From NCBI RefSeq assembly GCF_009914755.1, contig NC_060929.1: a DNA stretch of 64,000 bases, one strand, 5' to 3'. Made by a program: the position numbers and the translations under genes. Below the pieces are notes generated by a model. The model made no database searches. It saw only the letters and a program-made list of their open reading frames with translations, and was not told the DNA's origin. Shown here piece by piece: positions 29,864 through 42,705 of the stretch. Every line of letters begins with the position of its first letter. Positions within the stretch are counted from its first letter, which is position 1. This DNA comes from the human T2T-CHM13v2.0 reference genome, Homo sapiens.

Positions 29864-30201
29864 TGTATTAGTCCATTTTCACACTGCTACAGAGAGCTAC
29901 CTGAGACTGGGTAAGTTACAAATGAAAGAGGTTTAATTGATTCATAGTTCTGCATGGCTGGGGAGGCCTCAGGAAACTTAAAATGGTGACGGGAAGCAAG
30001 GCACGTCTTACATGGTGGCCATAGAGAGAAAGAGCAAGGTGGGAAGTGCCACACTTTAAAACCATCAGATCTTGTGAGAACTCACTCACTATCATGAGAA
30101 CAGCATGGGGGAAACTGCCCGCATGATCCAATCACCTCCCACCAGGCCCCTCCCTAACAGGAGATGAGATTTGGGTGGAGGCACAGAACCAAACTATATC
30201 A
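29864..30201 (-). mobile_element. THE1D/C-like MaLR solo LTR
   Basis: 'tgtattagtccattttcacactgct...aaccatcagatcttgtgagaactcactcactatcatgagaacagcatgggg...ccaaactatatca'. Confidence 0.9.
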
Positions 30202-30769
30202 ACCTTTTCCTACCTCCCTACTCCAAGCACCATCTCCCTTGGAGGGGCTCTGTAAACTGGCCCTTACTTGAATGAAAGAAGCCGGCTCAGATTCAAAGTT
30301 TTGAGTGTTTTTTTGCCATGTCTCAGCTGAGTCACCCAGGTGAGCCCAGGCATTCTGGCCTAGGATGTGGAGGATGGTGTTTTAACTGCAGCTTGAGGTT
30401 TTACAAGTCCAGAAAATCCCAGAGGACAAGACTACAATAGCAGCTGAGGGCAGGCTACATGAATAGCAACCCTACTTGATATGTGTTCAGGGCTTCCCAA
30501 CCAACTGGTGAGAAACACAGGGACACATATTGCCTGCTTTACAGAGAAGTTCAGTGATCTTCTCAAGGTCAAACACTTGGGAGAAACCGGTGGGACTTTC
30601 TGATGCACATTTCCGTGTTTTCTGTTGCTTTTATAATGAGTTGTTGACTACTTCCTGCTATTTAAACTGCTATACTTCGTTTTTCAGCCCGGATCAGATT
30701 ACAATTGTATATAAAAAAAGAAGAATATGATCTCAAAGTAGAGAGGGATTTTTTCCATAAGTCACAAAA

Positions 30770-31520
30770 GCAGCACCTGCAAAGCAAAAGATTACTTATA
30801 GTGTTTTTGTTGTTGTAAGTTTTAAAATTTAATGTAATCTGAGTGAAAAACCAGCCACTGACTGGGGGAAGATAACTGATCTTCATGTAATCATCAAAGG
30901 AAAAGTATCCAACACATAAAAACAATTTCTACAAATCAGTAGGATAAAAAGTCAAAATATTCAATAGAAAAATGGGCAATGGATATAAACCAGCAACACA
31001 CACACACACACACACACACGTGCACACAGAAACCAGAATGTGAAATCAACTAAGAGTTGGAAAATGCAAATTAAAACAGCCATGAGCTCCCATTTCCCCA
31101 CGATATTTCCAATACTAGGGGATGTTAGACTTTTTCACTTTTGTCAATCTAATGAGTGTGAAATGATAACTCTTACACAATGTGGGAGGTGATCCAAATT
31201 GGTGCAATCAATTTGGAGAAGAATTTGACAACACAGAAAGATAAAGATGTGCCTACTCTTAGACCCAGAAATTTCATTCTATTTATCTACCCCTCAAAGA
31301 CTCCCATACACATATAAAGACACATTTATGAGAAAGTTCATTTGTGGTATATTCATAATTGTAAAAAATTGAAAATAAATGTACATCAACAGAAAAATAA
31401 ATAAATAAATGGCAGCATAGTCACAATGGACACATCTACAGTAGTTACAATTGATAAAGAGATGCATGTGTCTACAGATATAAATCTCAAAACATAAGGT
31501 TGAATGAGAAAAGCAAGCTC
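30770..31520 (+). mobile_element. Ancient L1ME-like 3' fragment containing (CA)n and an internal inversion
   Basis: 'caatagaaaaatgggcaatggatataaac', 'aaatgcaaattaaaaca', 'gacccagaaatttcattcta'. Confidence 0.75.
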
Positions 31521-32469
31521 CTCTGTGCCCCTTTCAGCTCTAACTCTCTGTGGATCTTATCCTTGTAGGTGGGGAGGAAAACTAATGATTCTGTGCATCC
31601 CTCAATCAGTGAGGGTCCTCCCTGACAGATAGAACTAAGCAAAGGCCCCCAAGCATCCCATGCCCAGTGCTGATGGTTGTGCTCCTCAGCTGCGGTACTA
31701 GAAGCTGCTCCCCCGGAAGCCCAGAGCAGATTCCAGGGCCCTTCCCCTTGCTCTTCTTTCCACGTATCAATGTGAGGCAAAGGTATCAGTTCCCCTGGGG
31801 CAGGAAGAAGCCCCCAGCAGGCAAGGAGCTGGCACTGTGCTCAAGGTCTGAGCTCAGAAAACAGACAGGACCTGGGCCCTGCGCTAGGTGGAGAGTCTGA
31901 GGCTGGGTGGTTGTGCTGGGAGCCAGAGCACTTTGGGAGAAGCTGCCAAAATTGCTCAGACAAGCACTTGGGGGAATTTCAGTTGTCCCCAAAGTACCTT
32001 TTAATTTGAAAACAATCAGGAGGGAGGTCAGAGGATTTTTCATCATTTGGCAGCGAGTGGTCTTGGAGAGCCTGGGCTGTGTTGCTTCAATTAGGTGTGA
32101 GAAGTGGGGGCTGGGGCCTGCCAGCTGGGCAGGAGCCAAGCAGCTCATCAGTCCTGGTCTAATCAACATCAGGGGCTCCAGCGCCAAGCACACAAAGACC
32201 AATGGTACCATTCATCACACGGAACTCTCCAAACACTGAAGGATGCTGGGGGTTCTCTAGCAAATCTATGCACTGAGGGCCCAAGATGATACCACTCAGA
32301 GGTTTCAGAAAGTAGAGATGCTGGTGACATAGTTACAGTAAATGCAGGTGGTTGAATGGCGCTGGGCAACTTCTGTCTTCATTCCAGGCAGAAGGAGGAG
32401 GGGTAAGGAGAGCTTTAGACAGAAACTCAAGACAGATACAGAACTAGCTGGCTGCTTCCTGGAGGGGGC

Positions 32470-32660
32470 TCTGAGGTGTGGGCTCTGGGTCAGGCCAGGA
32501 TCTCAGCTGGGTGATCACGGCCAACTGTTTGACCTCTCAGCCCGTGTCCCTGGTTGTAAAAATGGGGTCGTGATAGTGCCAAATTCGTAGAGTGGTGGTG
32601 AAAAGAAAGAAGACAATCAATTCAAACACTGGGTATGGTGCCTGAAGCATAGAAAGTGTT
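32470..32660 (+). mobile_element. MIR
   Basis: 'cagctgggtgatcacggccaactgtttgacctctcagcccgtgtccctggttgtaaaaatgggg'. Confidence 0.7.
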
Positions 32661-32794
32661 CAGAAAGACAGAGAGGATTACATAAATAATAAACTAACAA
32701 ACTGCTTTCCCAAGGTCTAGGAGGTGTGATTTAAAGACTGTCAATTGCATGACACTTAGCATTAAGCCAGAGAAAGGCTTTTGTGAAAATGTCA

Positions 32795-32930
32795 GATGTT
32801 ATTAGCAGCCTGTTTTATAAATGAGGAAATTGAGGCCTCACAAAGCAGTGGCTTGTATGAGTTCTGGCAACTGGTTTGTTAAGAGGTCGGGATAAAAATC
32901 CAGGAATTTTGACTCTAAATCCTGTCTTGT
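32795..32930 (-). mobile_element. MIR
   Basis: 'gttttataaatgaggaaattgaggc...tttgactctaaatcc'. Confidence 0.7.
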
Positions 32931-35900
32931 CATCATAGCACACAGCAAGCCATTTTAAAAATTATGTCAATTATATCTTCTAAAGCAAAAGTATGCAAGG
33001 TATAAATGTCAGAAGAATAGAAAAAAAAATCTCTAAATGTCCATGTTCCCTAATGTGGAATTTCCCTTAATGGTGAGATGCTCCAGGTTGTATCAGCATG
33101 GCCTGCGCTGCACTGTGGACCTGCCTGTCAGGAAGAAATCCTCTTCTTCCCCCAGAAATCCTGCACCTGTAGCAACAGGTGCCATTTGCAGAGGGTGCCA
33201 CTGCCTTCACAATCCCTTTCTAGGCACTATTTCCTTTATTTTTGCCCTGATATGGCAACCCAAAAGTCATGCATTTTTATTATTTGTTTTTCTTAAAAAT
33301 CACTTCCATGGAAATACAGAAGTGTTTTTTTGTTTGGGTTTGTTTGTTTTAACATAGAGTCCTGAAGGGAAACACTCAGAAAGTTGCAGTGCCTAGAAAG
33401 GTACTTCAGACACAGGCCGTTAACAAAATTCACACTAAGAAGGGTTGACCCATCAAGGCTGAGGACCACTGTAGTGTTTTTATACCTGATAAGGCATGAC
33501 TTGCCTTCCACGAATGCTGCATTTTTCCTCATTGCTGTATCAGCGTACTCATTTTCCTGTATTCATTTATTTACATACCCACCCTCACTTGAGAGCAGGG
33601 TCAATGACCTTCTACTCTGTGCCAGGCAGGGCCCAGCACTGATGAGACTGCAAATCTAAATGCATTGGAAGAGAAAGAGTGTTCCCATGTATTCTGGATC
33701 CTACTGTTTGGGACGTCATGCAGATTTTACCAAATAATATCTTACTTTCCATCATCTTTATTACTCAAAAGTTGTGTACTGAGTCCCTGGCCCTTGGAGA
33801 TCTGGATCAAATTAACTCAATCCTGCTCTCCCAAATCCACCACTGGCAGGAGCCCATGAGTCCCACGAGTCCTCACTTTCTCATGAGGTCCTCCTCCTAA
33901 GCTTGTCTCAACTATGTGCTATACCATGAGGACCATACCACAGAACACCTGCCCCCTTTCTGAGTTCCACGGAAAAGAAAATATGAACAGAGGAGTCTTT
34001 ATGGGTGATTCTGGAGCAGAAATGGAGTCTCATGACACAGCAAGGCCAGGAACTTCATGTGGAAGAGCAGCCTTACCATGCCTCTCGCACAGCCTCAGCC
34101 GCCCCCATGACTGCATGCTTCACCTGCCAGTACCCGCACCTGGTCCTCTCCTCTGTCCACTTGGCTCCATGCTCTGTCTTCCTCCTCCTTGCATTTCTTC
34201 TCTTCTTGTCTATCTTCTCCCTTTATCCTCAGAGCAAAATGTGAATTTCTCTCATATCCAGTGCAAGCCAGTTTCACATTATACTTTGAAGTTTTGTGGC
34301 CAAGAAACACTCAAGCCCTCGGGGTCCCAAAACATTTCTAAGCAACAGCCATTAAGATAATAAAACTTCGTTTCATCTCATTATGTAAGGATCCCATAAA
34401 GTTTATAAATATTGCCAGATAGAAAGTCTTCTCAACTCTGCTTTCTATCAAGGAAAGTGAATGTTTTTGTATTCTGGGACAAAATCAAAACAGAAGCTAA
34501 TTTTCAACTCATCAGCCTGGTTCTTATGCATCATGTGAGTATCAGTGCCAACCCTGCCCAAGCTATAAACTCCTGAATCAGAATGTCCCTCAGACATTCT
34601 TCCAGGGCTGCAGAACTTCCTTTTTACCTTCACTCTCTCCTCTCGTTTTTCCTTCTCTCATGAAAGAAAAATCAATCACTGATGAAATAAGCAAATGGGC
34701 AAAGTGGCATGCCCCTCCAACTCTGTGAGTCCCCTCACCCTCAAGCCCCTCCTTTTCTTGCCCTCCAGGCAGAAGTGTGGAGCTGCTGCTGCCAGCAGGC
34801 CTAGGCCAGAGGAGCACAAAAGGGCAGGGTTCTCAGCTTTAGAGCTGGGAAAGGACGGCCCAATAAGCGTTGGTGTGGGGAGAGGAAGAAGTATCTACTA
34901 ACTACAAGACCCACTGACAACTGCTTGGCTCACAGCCTCTGAGGCCTGAATTTGAGGAAACAATTTTGCTTCGGATCTGCCAAGAAAGTGCATTAAGCAC
35001 TTAGATCATTTACAATCCTAGTAGACTTTCCCCCTCGCATTAATTTCAGGGAATCCATATGCATATGTCTTTCTTTGACTGGCAGCCTGGGCAAGTCTCT
35101 TTCTCCAGGGCTCTGGGTTCCAAGTAACCAATTTATAGGGAAACTTTACAGAATCCTATTTAGTTTTAATGCTGGGATGCTTGGATGACACCACTGGTTG
35201 TCTTCTTTCAAAGGCTTTAACTTCCTTGTTCCCTCTTTTCCTTTAACCCCGTGGCTCCCCAAGCCAATAAAAACATCTAAAGGTAAATAAATCCATCAAG
35301 GTAGCTCATAACTGAAAACACTTATGTTATACTGGAACCAGTAAAATAGGCCATGTTCGGTTAAACTTCCCCAACTGCTCTTCTACCTCCACTCCCAAAA
35401 CCAAAAAATAGCATGCTCTGTTTTTAAGAGTGTCTATTTTTCTTGTTAAAAATAGATGTTTCTACATTTAGTATTTGTTAAAATAAAAAAATCAAAAAGC
35501 TTACTTGCAAACCAGCAAAGAACCTAATGCGAAGAAATTGCATTTAGATTGATCTGGAGGGGACAAATACAAATGGGCTCTGCATTAAAACGGTTCCCAC
35601 AGCTGAGGTTTCTGCTTGATTACGTTAAACTCAAAATGATACCAATGTGAGTGTCCTCAAATATAGGCTAATTTAATCAGAGTCTATTTTCAGTGGTTTG
35701 GGGAATGGGGCATTGCTGTGGTGAAGGAATAAAACTTTGTCTCTACCGACACTCATAGTAAGTGACCCTTAGTCACTTAGTGATTTTAACTAAAGCAACT
35801 TGGTCATACAGTGGCCTTCTCTAGGGGCACCGCATCTGAAACTCTCCATGGGATAGCCAGCAGCTTGTCCCCCACGTCCCTATTTTAGTGCTATTCCTAC

Positions 35901-36321
35901 AATTTCCACCTTGTTGTAGATACTGCTGGCACTACAGTGGCCCACTATCATTAAGATAAATGGCCTGGGCTCTTAAAGTTAAAATGCAAATACTTTGAAT
36001 CAATTGAGTGTTTTCAGCTGTGAAGAGGGATGGGCACTAGCTTCCCCCTCCTAAGAATCTAGACTTTGTTGGTTTCTCTGAAGTCATTGTCAAATATGGG
36101 AAGAGCTGGGATGAGTTTGGTAGGGCATATATCAAATATCAGGAGTCCTGCCACTCCTTGCAGCGTGATTTCTAGGAAATGTCCTGAAAGCTTGTCCAGA
36201 TTGTCAGAAAGAACAAAGACTTCCTGTCCCTTAGATAAGGTTCTTAAAATTAGAGAATGTCTGAAGAAGAAATATCTGGACCCCAGTAAGGTACAGAAGC
36301 TCAACTCAGTGAAGATCCGAG

Positions 36322-36690
36322 TGTCACAGGCTGGGTCTCCTGAATAACAGACTTGAACACAGGAGGTTTACGCAGGAGTGCTTTGCGGATTGAACATGTG
36401 TAAGAGAAGAGAAGAAAGTAGGACTGGGCACAGTTGAACTGTGATGATGGATATCTCAATGGAAGACACAGTCAACCCTGCAGGGAGTTCTGAAGGTGAA
36501 ATCACCTTCAGTGGTGCCCCCCATGGAGAAGAGGAGAGAAAGGGGATATTATGTCCCCATGTTGATTAGTCCCTGGATATGAGCCACCCAGGAAGGAAGT
36601 GAGTCCTTAAGCTAGGTGGCTCAGGGTCATCTCATCAGTTTGGAAGTGCCTCAAATCCTAAAGGGTGATCTAGGCTGACCATAACCACAT
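36322..36690 (-). mobile_element. LTR16A/B-like ERVL LTR
   Basis: 'ctgggtctcctgaataacagact...ggagtgctttgcggattgaacatgtg...gaaagtaggactgggca...gttgaactgtgatg'. Confidence 0.65.
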
Positions 36691-37400
36691 CCATCATAAT
36701 CCACACATTGCACTACTTGGACCCAGTGCTTCAAACAGGTTCTGGGAGCAATGCCTCCAGGATTTTAGTGGGCCTCTCTTCCAGAGGGAAATTTAGGAGA
36801 ATAAGGTTAGTGGGATGAACTACAGCTGCCGATGATCTCAAGGCCAAAACAAACACTCATCAGGTCCCTCCTTTTCTCTCCATTCTGGATTTCTCTAACA
36901 TTTCTGTGGACTCACTGGCTTATGTGGTCCTGTGAGTCAGACTTGGAAGGGTCTGAGCCCCTGATCACCATGCCTTTCACAGGCCAGGTTGCTGCATTTG
37001 ACCATTCACTGTCACAATTAAGGAAAGGAATACCAGGAGGCACCCAGGGGAATCAACTGGTTGCTAACTATATTCCTCTGTGCCCTTATTGCCTAACATC
37101 AGGAGTCAATTACTTCTGCCAAGATGGTGATTCTTCTCCATACCTACCTGTCCCTTGCCATGAGGAGCTAAAGTGCCCAAGCAACAACCACAGCTTATCA
37201 TCCAATAAGACTCAACAGAAGTGTCGGGCGACTCACAGGGAGTTTGAGGATGGGATAACTTATGCATCTGTGGTGACCAGGAATTGGCCAGGACTTCATA
37301 ACCAGTATTGATCAGTTGTTGGATACTGGTCACCCCAGGAAATGTATGTGACTTTGGCCATGGAGCTCTCCATGGCAATCACTGGCCTCACTTTTTCTGT
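36690..37400 (-). mobile_element. ERVL internal (ERV3-16A3-like) 3' fragment adjoining the LTR16
   Basis: 'ggaagggtctgagcccctgatcaccatgcc', 'aattacttctgccaagatggtgattc' and 'catgaggagctaaagtgcccaagc' resemble the ERVL late pol region. Confidence 0.6.
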
Positions 37401-37419
37401 TGAAATGTATTTGGAAGTG

Positions 37420-38190
37420 TTTAAAGGCATTTTGTTTGTTTGTTTTTACAAAAGTTGGGTGGTGCTGTTGGACTTTTTGTAGTTTCTTATTCCTTGGAAA
37501 CATGTTTATTTCTTTAAACATAATAAACATTTTGTAGTCTGTATCTTATAATTTTAACATTTTAGGTCTTTATGGTCTGGTTCTATTGTCTATTTTTTTC
37601 TGCTAGTTCTCATTTATGTTGTCATGTTTATGCAACAAGTCATATTTGACTGTAGACTGGTTGTTGTATTTGAAAAATAATTTGAGAGTGATTAAACTCT
37701 GAGATGACAGAATTTTTCTCTGGAGACCATTCTTATTTGCTCCCGGAGCGTTATCAGTAAGGGATCTGCTTAGTCTAAGTTCAAGGCTTGAGGCTCCTTG
37801 GACCATCCAGTTGATGCAAACCTGGGCTGCAAATCCAAGCAAAAGTTGTTTTCCTTTAGGCTATTTCCCTGAGGGCATAAACCTTGGATCTCAGTTTAAT
37901 ATCTATGGAGAGAATGGGCTCCCCACTATGGGTGGGCCTAGGTTTTCACTTTTTTCCTACTTGCTTTGTGAGGCCACCGAGACAGCACCTCAGTTTTGCA
38001 TGTTTCTTCAGGTTTGGAAAATGCTATTGAGGTCAAAGCAGCTTTGTGTGCTCAACTTACTTTCCCGGGATTTTGTCTTCTGTACTGTTGTAGATTAAAT
38101 CTTCACTATCTTATTAACTCTTGGATTTTTTAAGAGAAATAATGTAAGAAAATTATTTCACCCAGCTTTTTAATAACTGTCCTTATTGGG
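37420..38190 (-). mobile_element. Ancient L1M 5'/ORF1-start fragment
   Basis: T-rich L1-antisense texture; the ORF 37330..37530 'MFIMFKEI' resembles the start of the ORF1 coiled coil. Confidence 0.45.
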
Positions 38191-39149
38191 AAGGAAGAAA
38201 CCTCTAGTGTTTCTTGCTTGTAGTCAAACCCTGTGGTATTTTCTATGAGAATTCAAGGTAGGTGGGGGAGGCATTTTATTAAATACCTTAAATTTGCAAG
38301 CTTCTTTTGCTCATTGAAGTTGAGGTCAAGTAAGTCATATATTAGCTGTGCATTTTTCTAAGAATTTAGAATAAATAAAATTTAAAACCCACACTAAGCA
38401 TGGATCTGATTTTCTACTTAGAATGTAACAACATAAACATAAGATTTTAATCAAATTATCAAAATTTCTCTAAATCCAATAGGATATGATACCTAAACTT
38501 TTAAAATAAAGCTGTAGAAATATCTATATCGTCAACGGTATTTTTAAGTTCTTCATGGCTTACCAGTTTTGATACCTTATTTGAGGAAAAGAAAGTCCGC
38601 TATTTTTTCAATATAGTAGAGACATCATTTGCAGTGACAGGAAGAAAATTCAGGCCCTCCTTGTAATTAGAGAGCCGGCACATAGTAATTACATGAGAAA
38701 ATCCTCTCAGACATAACAATGTAATTGTAACCATCCAGTGTAGGATAATTTTCCTTACCTAAAAAGTGCCAAACACAATTAATGTTGACTAACTTCCAAA
38801 AGAATAATGAACTTTCATCTCTCAGATTCAAAATTACTCCAGCCTAGAGAGACGAGTTCTTTATTTCGGGAACTAGTCACCCGCAAATGGACCCTCATGA
38901 CATAAATGAAACCCAAAACTCTTTTAAGTGCCAGATTTATTTCCGTGAGATCAATTTAAACCAAAAAGATTTCATTCTCTCAGAAAAATTATTCCTGCTT
39001 CCTTGCAATGCTGTGGTTTATAATAGAGTTATTATTAGCTTTGACCACAATTATGCCACTCTGACAGCTCCCACCTGCCTGGACCAAGAGTGACTTCTTA
39101 TCCCTGGAATGCTGGTTACTCTTGTTCTTCATGCTACTGGGCTGGCACT

Positions 39150-39455
39150 CAGCATTGCACAATGATGCTTAGCCTTTTATGGGCATAGCTATTTCCTCAA
39201 GGAGACTGAACTCTTGGAGGACAAGGACCCTGCCTTGGTATGTCTTATTATAGATCCCGGAAGTGCCCAGTACTGGCCCCTTTTATAGAAGATGCTCAGT
39301 ATTTGTTTGTGATGGTAATGATGATTCATGTTTGACTTGGGTGACAAATTAATTTTATTCATTCTGTTTCCTCAACCCCTAGCACATTGCCTGGCCCAGA
39401 GTAAGTACTCAAGAAAAGCCTACTGAATGAATGAACAAATGAATTAATGAATCAT
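39150..39455 (+). mobile_element. L2 3'-end fragments
   Basis: 'gactgaactcttggaggacaaggacc' and 'cctagcacattgcctggcccagagtaagtactcaa...tgaatgaatgaa'. Confidence 0.75.
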
Positions 39456-40014
39456 TCGAATTTTAAAAACTAGTTAGAAACACACACATACAGAATGGAG
39501 AACATTGTGAGCAGATTATTTCTTAGCCTTTGTTTTTAAAAATACAAAAATAATCTCACTTTCTTTTCTTTTCTTTTAGTTGACCACAAGAAGATAGGCT
39601 GTGACTTAATTGTTTTAGCCAAGTGCTGTTAAATCTCACGCTCCTTTTTCTTGACTCAGGAATACAGAATATAAATATAGAGTGCCCTCCTATCTCCCCA
39701 GTGTCATTGCCTTGCTCTGTGAACAAACCCAGAGGTCCAATGTTTGTGGAAGGCCGTCTTCTACTCACTTCAGAAGACGAATATGACAATGTGACCCATT
39801 CCCTGAGATGGTGAGTGCATAGGACATTGGAAAGCTGTCTTTGACCATAACAAGAGGAAGATGTCAAAATGATGTAAAGAAACAGGTTTGAACTTCAGCT
39901 AAAAGTTAAATGACCAGCACTGAATTCACATTGAATCCCTCCTTTGCTAAAGTATTACTTACCTGATTAGACATATTATCCACTAAGAGTCCTTCCAGCT
40001 CAAAGATTCAATGC

Positions 40015-40220
40015 AGTATAGTAGGAAATAATAGATTTTAAAATTTGAAGACCTGAGTGTCAAATTCTAGTTTCACCTTTTACAAGTTGTGTGACTTTGA
40101 GTAAGTCACATAATCTGTCTGACCCTTCAATTACTCCTGTGTGGACCGGGATGTACCATTCCTGCACGATTTCTCACAGGATAACCCGAGTCTCATTGAG
40201 GACATGCATATGAAAATGCC
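40015..40220 (+). mobile_element. MIR
   Basis: 'gaagacctgagtgtcaaattctag...ttgtgtgactttgagtaagtcacataatctgtctga'. Confidence 0.75.
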
Positions 40221-40334
40221 AACCACTAGTCAGATGTTAGACATTAATTGATAGTTAAGGAAACAGGGGCCCTGAGAAGATAAATATCTTCCCAAGAGAC
40301 TCTAGAGATCCTCTGGCTGAGCACTTCCTGAAGC

Positions 40335-40590
40335 ATTTCCTTGCCAACAGTGTTAGTTCCACAGAACACTCATTTCACAAGTGGCAATAGCCATGACATA
40401 ACATAATCATTTTAAACAAGTATGGGAAATTCTGTGCTGAACAAAAATAAGCACATTCGTTAACTGCAGGACTTATCAGAGCCATTAACATGGTCATGTC
40501 CTTTGTGACTCTCTAAGCATTTCCTCCTCTTAATAGACAGGCTGTCACAAGATTAGGATTCCATGGAGCACAACATGGGAAATGCTGACC
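40335..40590. mobile_element. hAT-Charlie MER-type MITE
   Basis: 'actgcaggacttatcagagccattaacatg' and terminal 'tgggaaatgctg'. Confidence 0.55.
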
Positions 40591-41349
40591 TAGTTTATTG
40601 CCTAGGTCTGATTTCACAGTCCTCTAATTCAGTGCTACTGCAAGTACCCAAATACCAGGTTGGTAAATATTTGTTCCTCATCTGTGATGAGAAAAAAAGC
40701 TTGTGAAATTGTAAATCAACAAGTCATCAAAAAGTCTTGCTACCGAGAAAAAAAAAAAAAGAAAAAAAGCCTGTCAGTGGAACGTAGTGAACTTATTCTG
40801 GTGCAAGCTCCACCAGTGTGCATACCAGCAGTGGTCCCCAGACTATGCTTTGAGTAACATTTCTCTAATTAATTGGATAAAGATGCAGCTTTAGTGAAAA
40901 AGCAGAATCTAAAGAAAAGAAACCTTTTTCATACCTTGTGCTTGGCAGCACATGTGAAGTCTGGAAGTTGTCTGATTCAGAAAGCTCCAGGCTCCCAGCA
41001 GTCAAAGGGTTGGCCATCAGGCAGATTGGATTGCTGGTTGGCAGCGTCCACCCGAGCCTTCCTAACTTCAGTTGCTAGTGCACTAACTGGACACAACCCT
41101 TAGTCATCACACTGGAGAGATGATCATCCCAACAGGATACAAAGCCAAGCCCTGCAAGGCTCCTTTCCAGACAAAAGCTGATCTAACTGAGCTGTACAAA
41201 GGGCAGGCAAATTAACTTCCTGTTAGCTCTGTAAAAATACTGGGGAAACTCTCCCTAAACAATAATCCCCAAGTGAGGGTTTCCATGAGAAAAAAGTGAT
41301 GCAGTCAAATGAGGGAAACTGAAGAGTTTCAAAAAGGGCTAATTTGCAA

Positions 41350-41700
41350 AGATGTACTGGGTTAAAAGGAATAGTGATTGTTAAGCATGGAGTGCTATTA
41401 CCACCCTTAGAGGGAAGGTCATTGGACCTGGAAGCTATGAAAGAGAGCTGCCTGCTTGACGGGCGCTTGGCCTTAGATCGTGGAACATGGACTCTGAGAC
41501 TCACAGCCCTGCAGGGAGGGCAGGCAATGCCGCAACCTCACTTTTCCCTCTCCATGCAGTCTTTGCCCGTGCATCTCATTGGCTCTCTAACCAGAAGCCA
41601 GGGGACAAAGGAGCTTGTCGCTATGGTCCGTAAATGCCTATCGGCACAGCAGGGTGGACAGAGGATCTGGAAAGGTAAATGAAAATCATTCATCACAGCT
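41350..41700 (-). mobile_element. Old MLT1 (K/L-like) LTR fragment
   Basis: 'ctcattggctctctaaccagaagccaggggacaaaggagc...ggcacagcagggtggacagaggatctgga'. Confidence 0.6.
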
Positions 41701-42705
41701 CACCCCGTGTGCTCCTCTGTGGCTCTCGGCTTTGTGAGCAGCACATGAAGGGTGCTGGCCAGTGTGGAGAAGTGGAGAGCAGATCTGGAAGGACAACTGA
41801 AATCCATCTAGCACAGTGTCATTCTCTTCTGAGCTCAGAAAACAAATTGAGTTACAGTCGTGAAGGCTTTTGGTTTCTGTTGGCCTCTCTTGTCAAGACT
41901 TTTGCCAATCCAGTCATTTTTCTCCCTTTCAATGCTTTCATGGTGCCAGGGTATCAACATGCCTTTGTGCTGATCACAGTTTTTTCAGAATCCAATTCTC
42001 AAGACAAAATTAGGGTGGGTATGTTTACACACTAAAAACTCTGCTAATAAACACTAATATTTCAAGTATCCATCTTACTTATTTAATTTTTCTCTCATTT
42101 TTAGAGATAGGGTTGATTTGATGTTATTTTCATGTACTCAGACTCCTGATTAAACACATTTTCATGGTATAAATCTATTACTCTCTACCTAGCTACTTCT
42201 TAAAGCCTTTTTGCCTTTAGGGTTCTCATGACGTTATTACTGTTACAGACACATGGATATTAAGTGTTTACATTAAGCATCTGTCTGTAGGAGTGAGGCT
42301 GTGGATTCAGGCTGTGCAAGCTGTGAAATGCCTGGATGTGAGTGGAGGAAATGGCTAAGTAATTGCACTTTGTGCATACCCATTACAGCACTTAGAGTGG
42401 GCATAATGCTTGGTTGGGTGTCTGACCAGAAGCCCAGGAGAGAAGAAACTCCTTGGAAATAAATACTCTGTATTATCTTTCTCTGTATTACTTCCATTCT
42501 CTCCAATGATTACCAAATAGATTTATATTGACTAACTAACACAGTGACAGAAAGCCTACATCCAAATGAATAGTTCTGTTTTAACAGGATCACTTTTGGA
42601 GGCAATGTAATGGTTTCAACAATTGCTGGAAGATCTTTGTCTGCATCAACTTCTACTGGGCAGTCTCAGCCTTGGTAGTAGGAAATATTTGTTTTGTGAG
42701 CAGAC

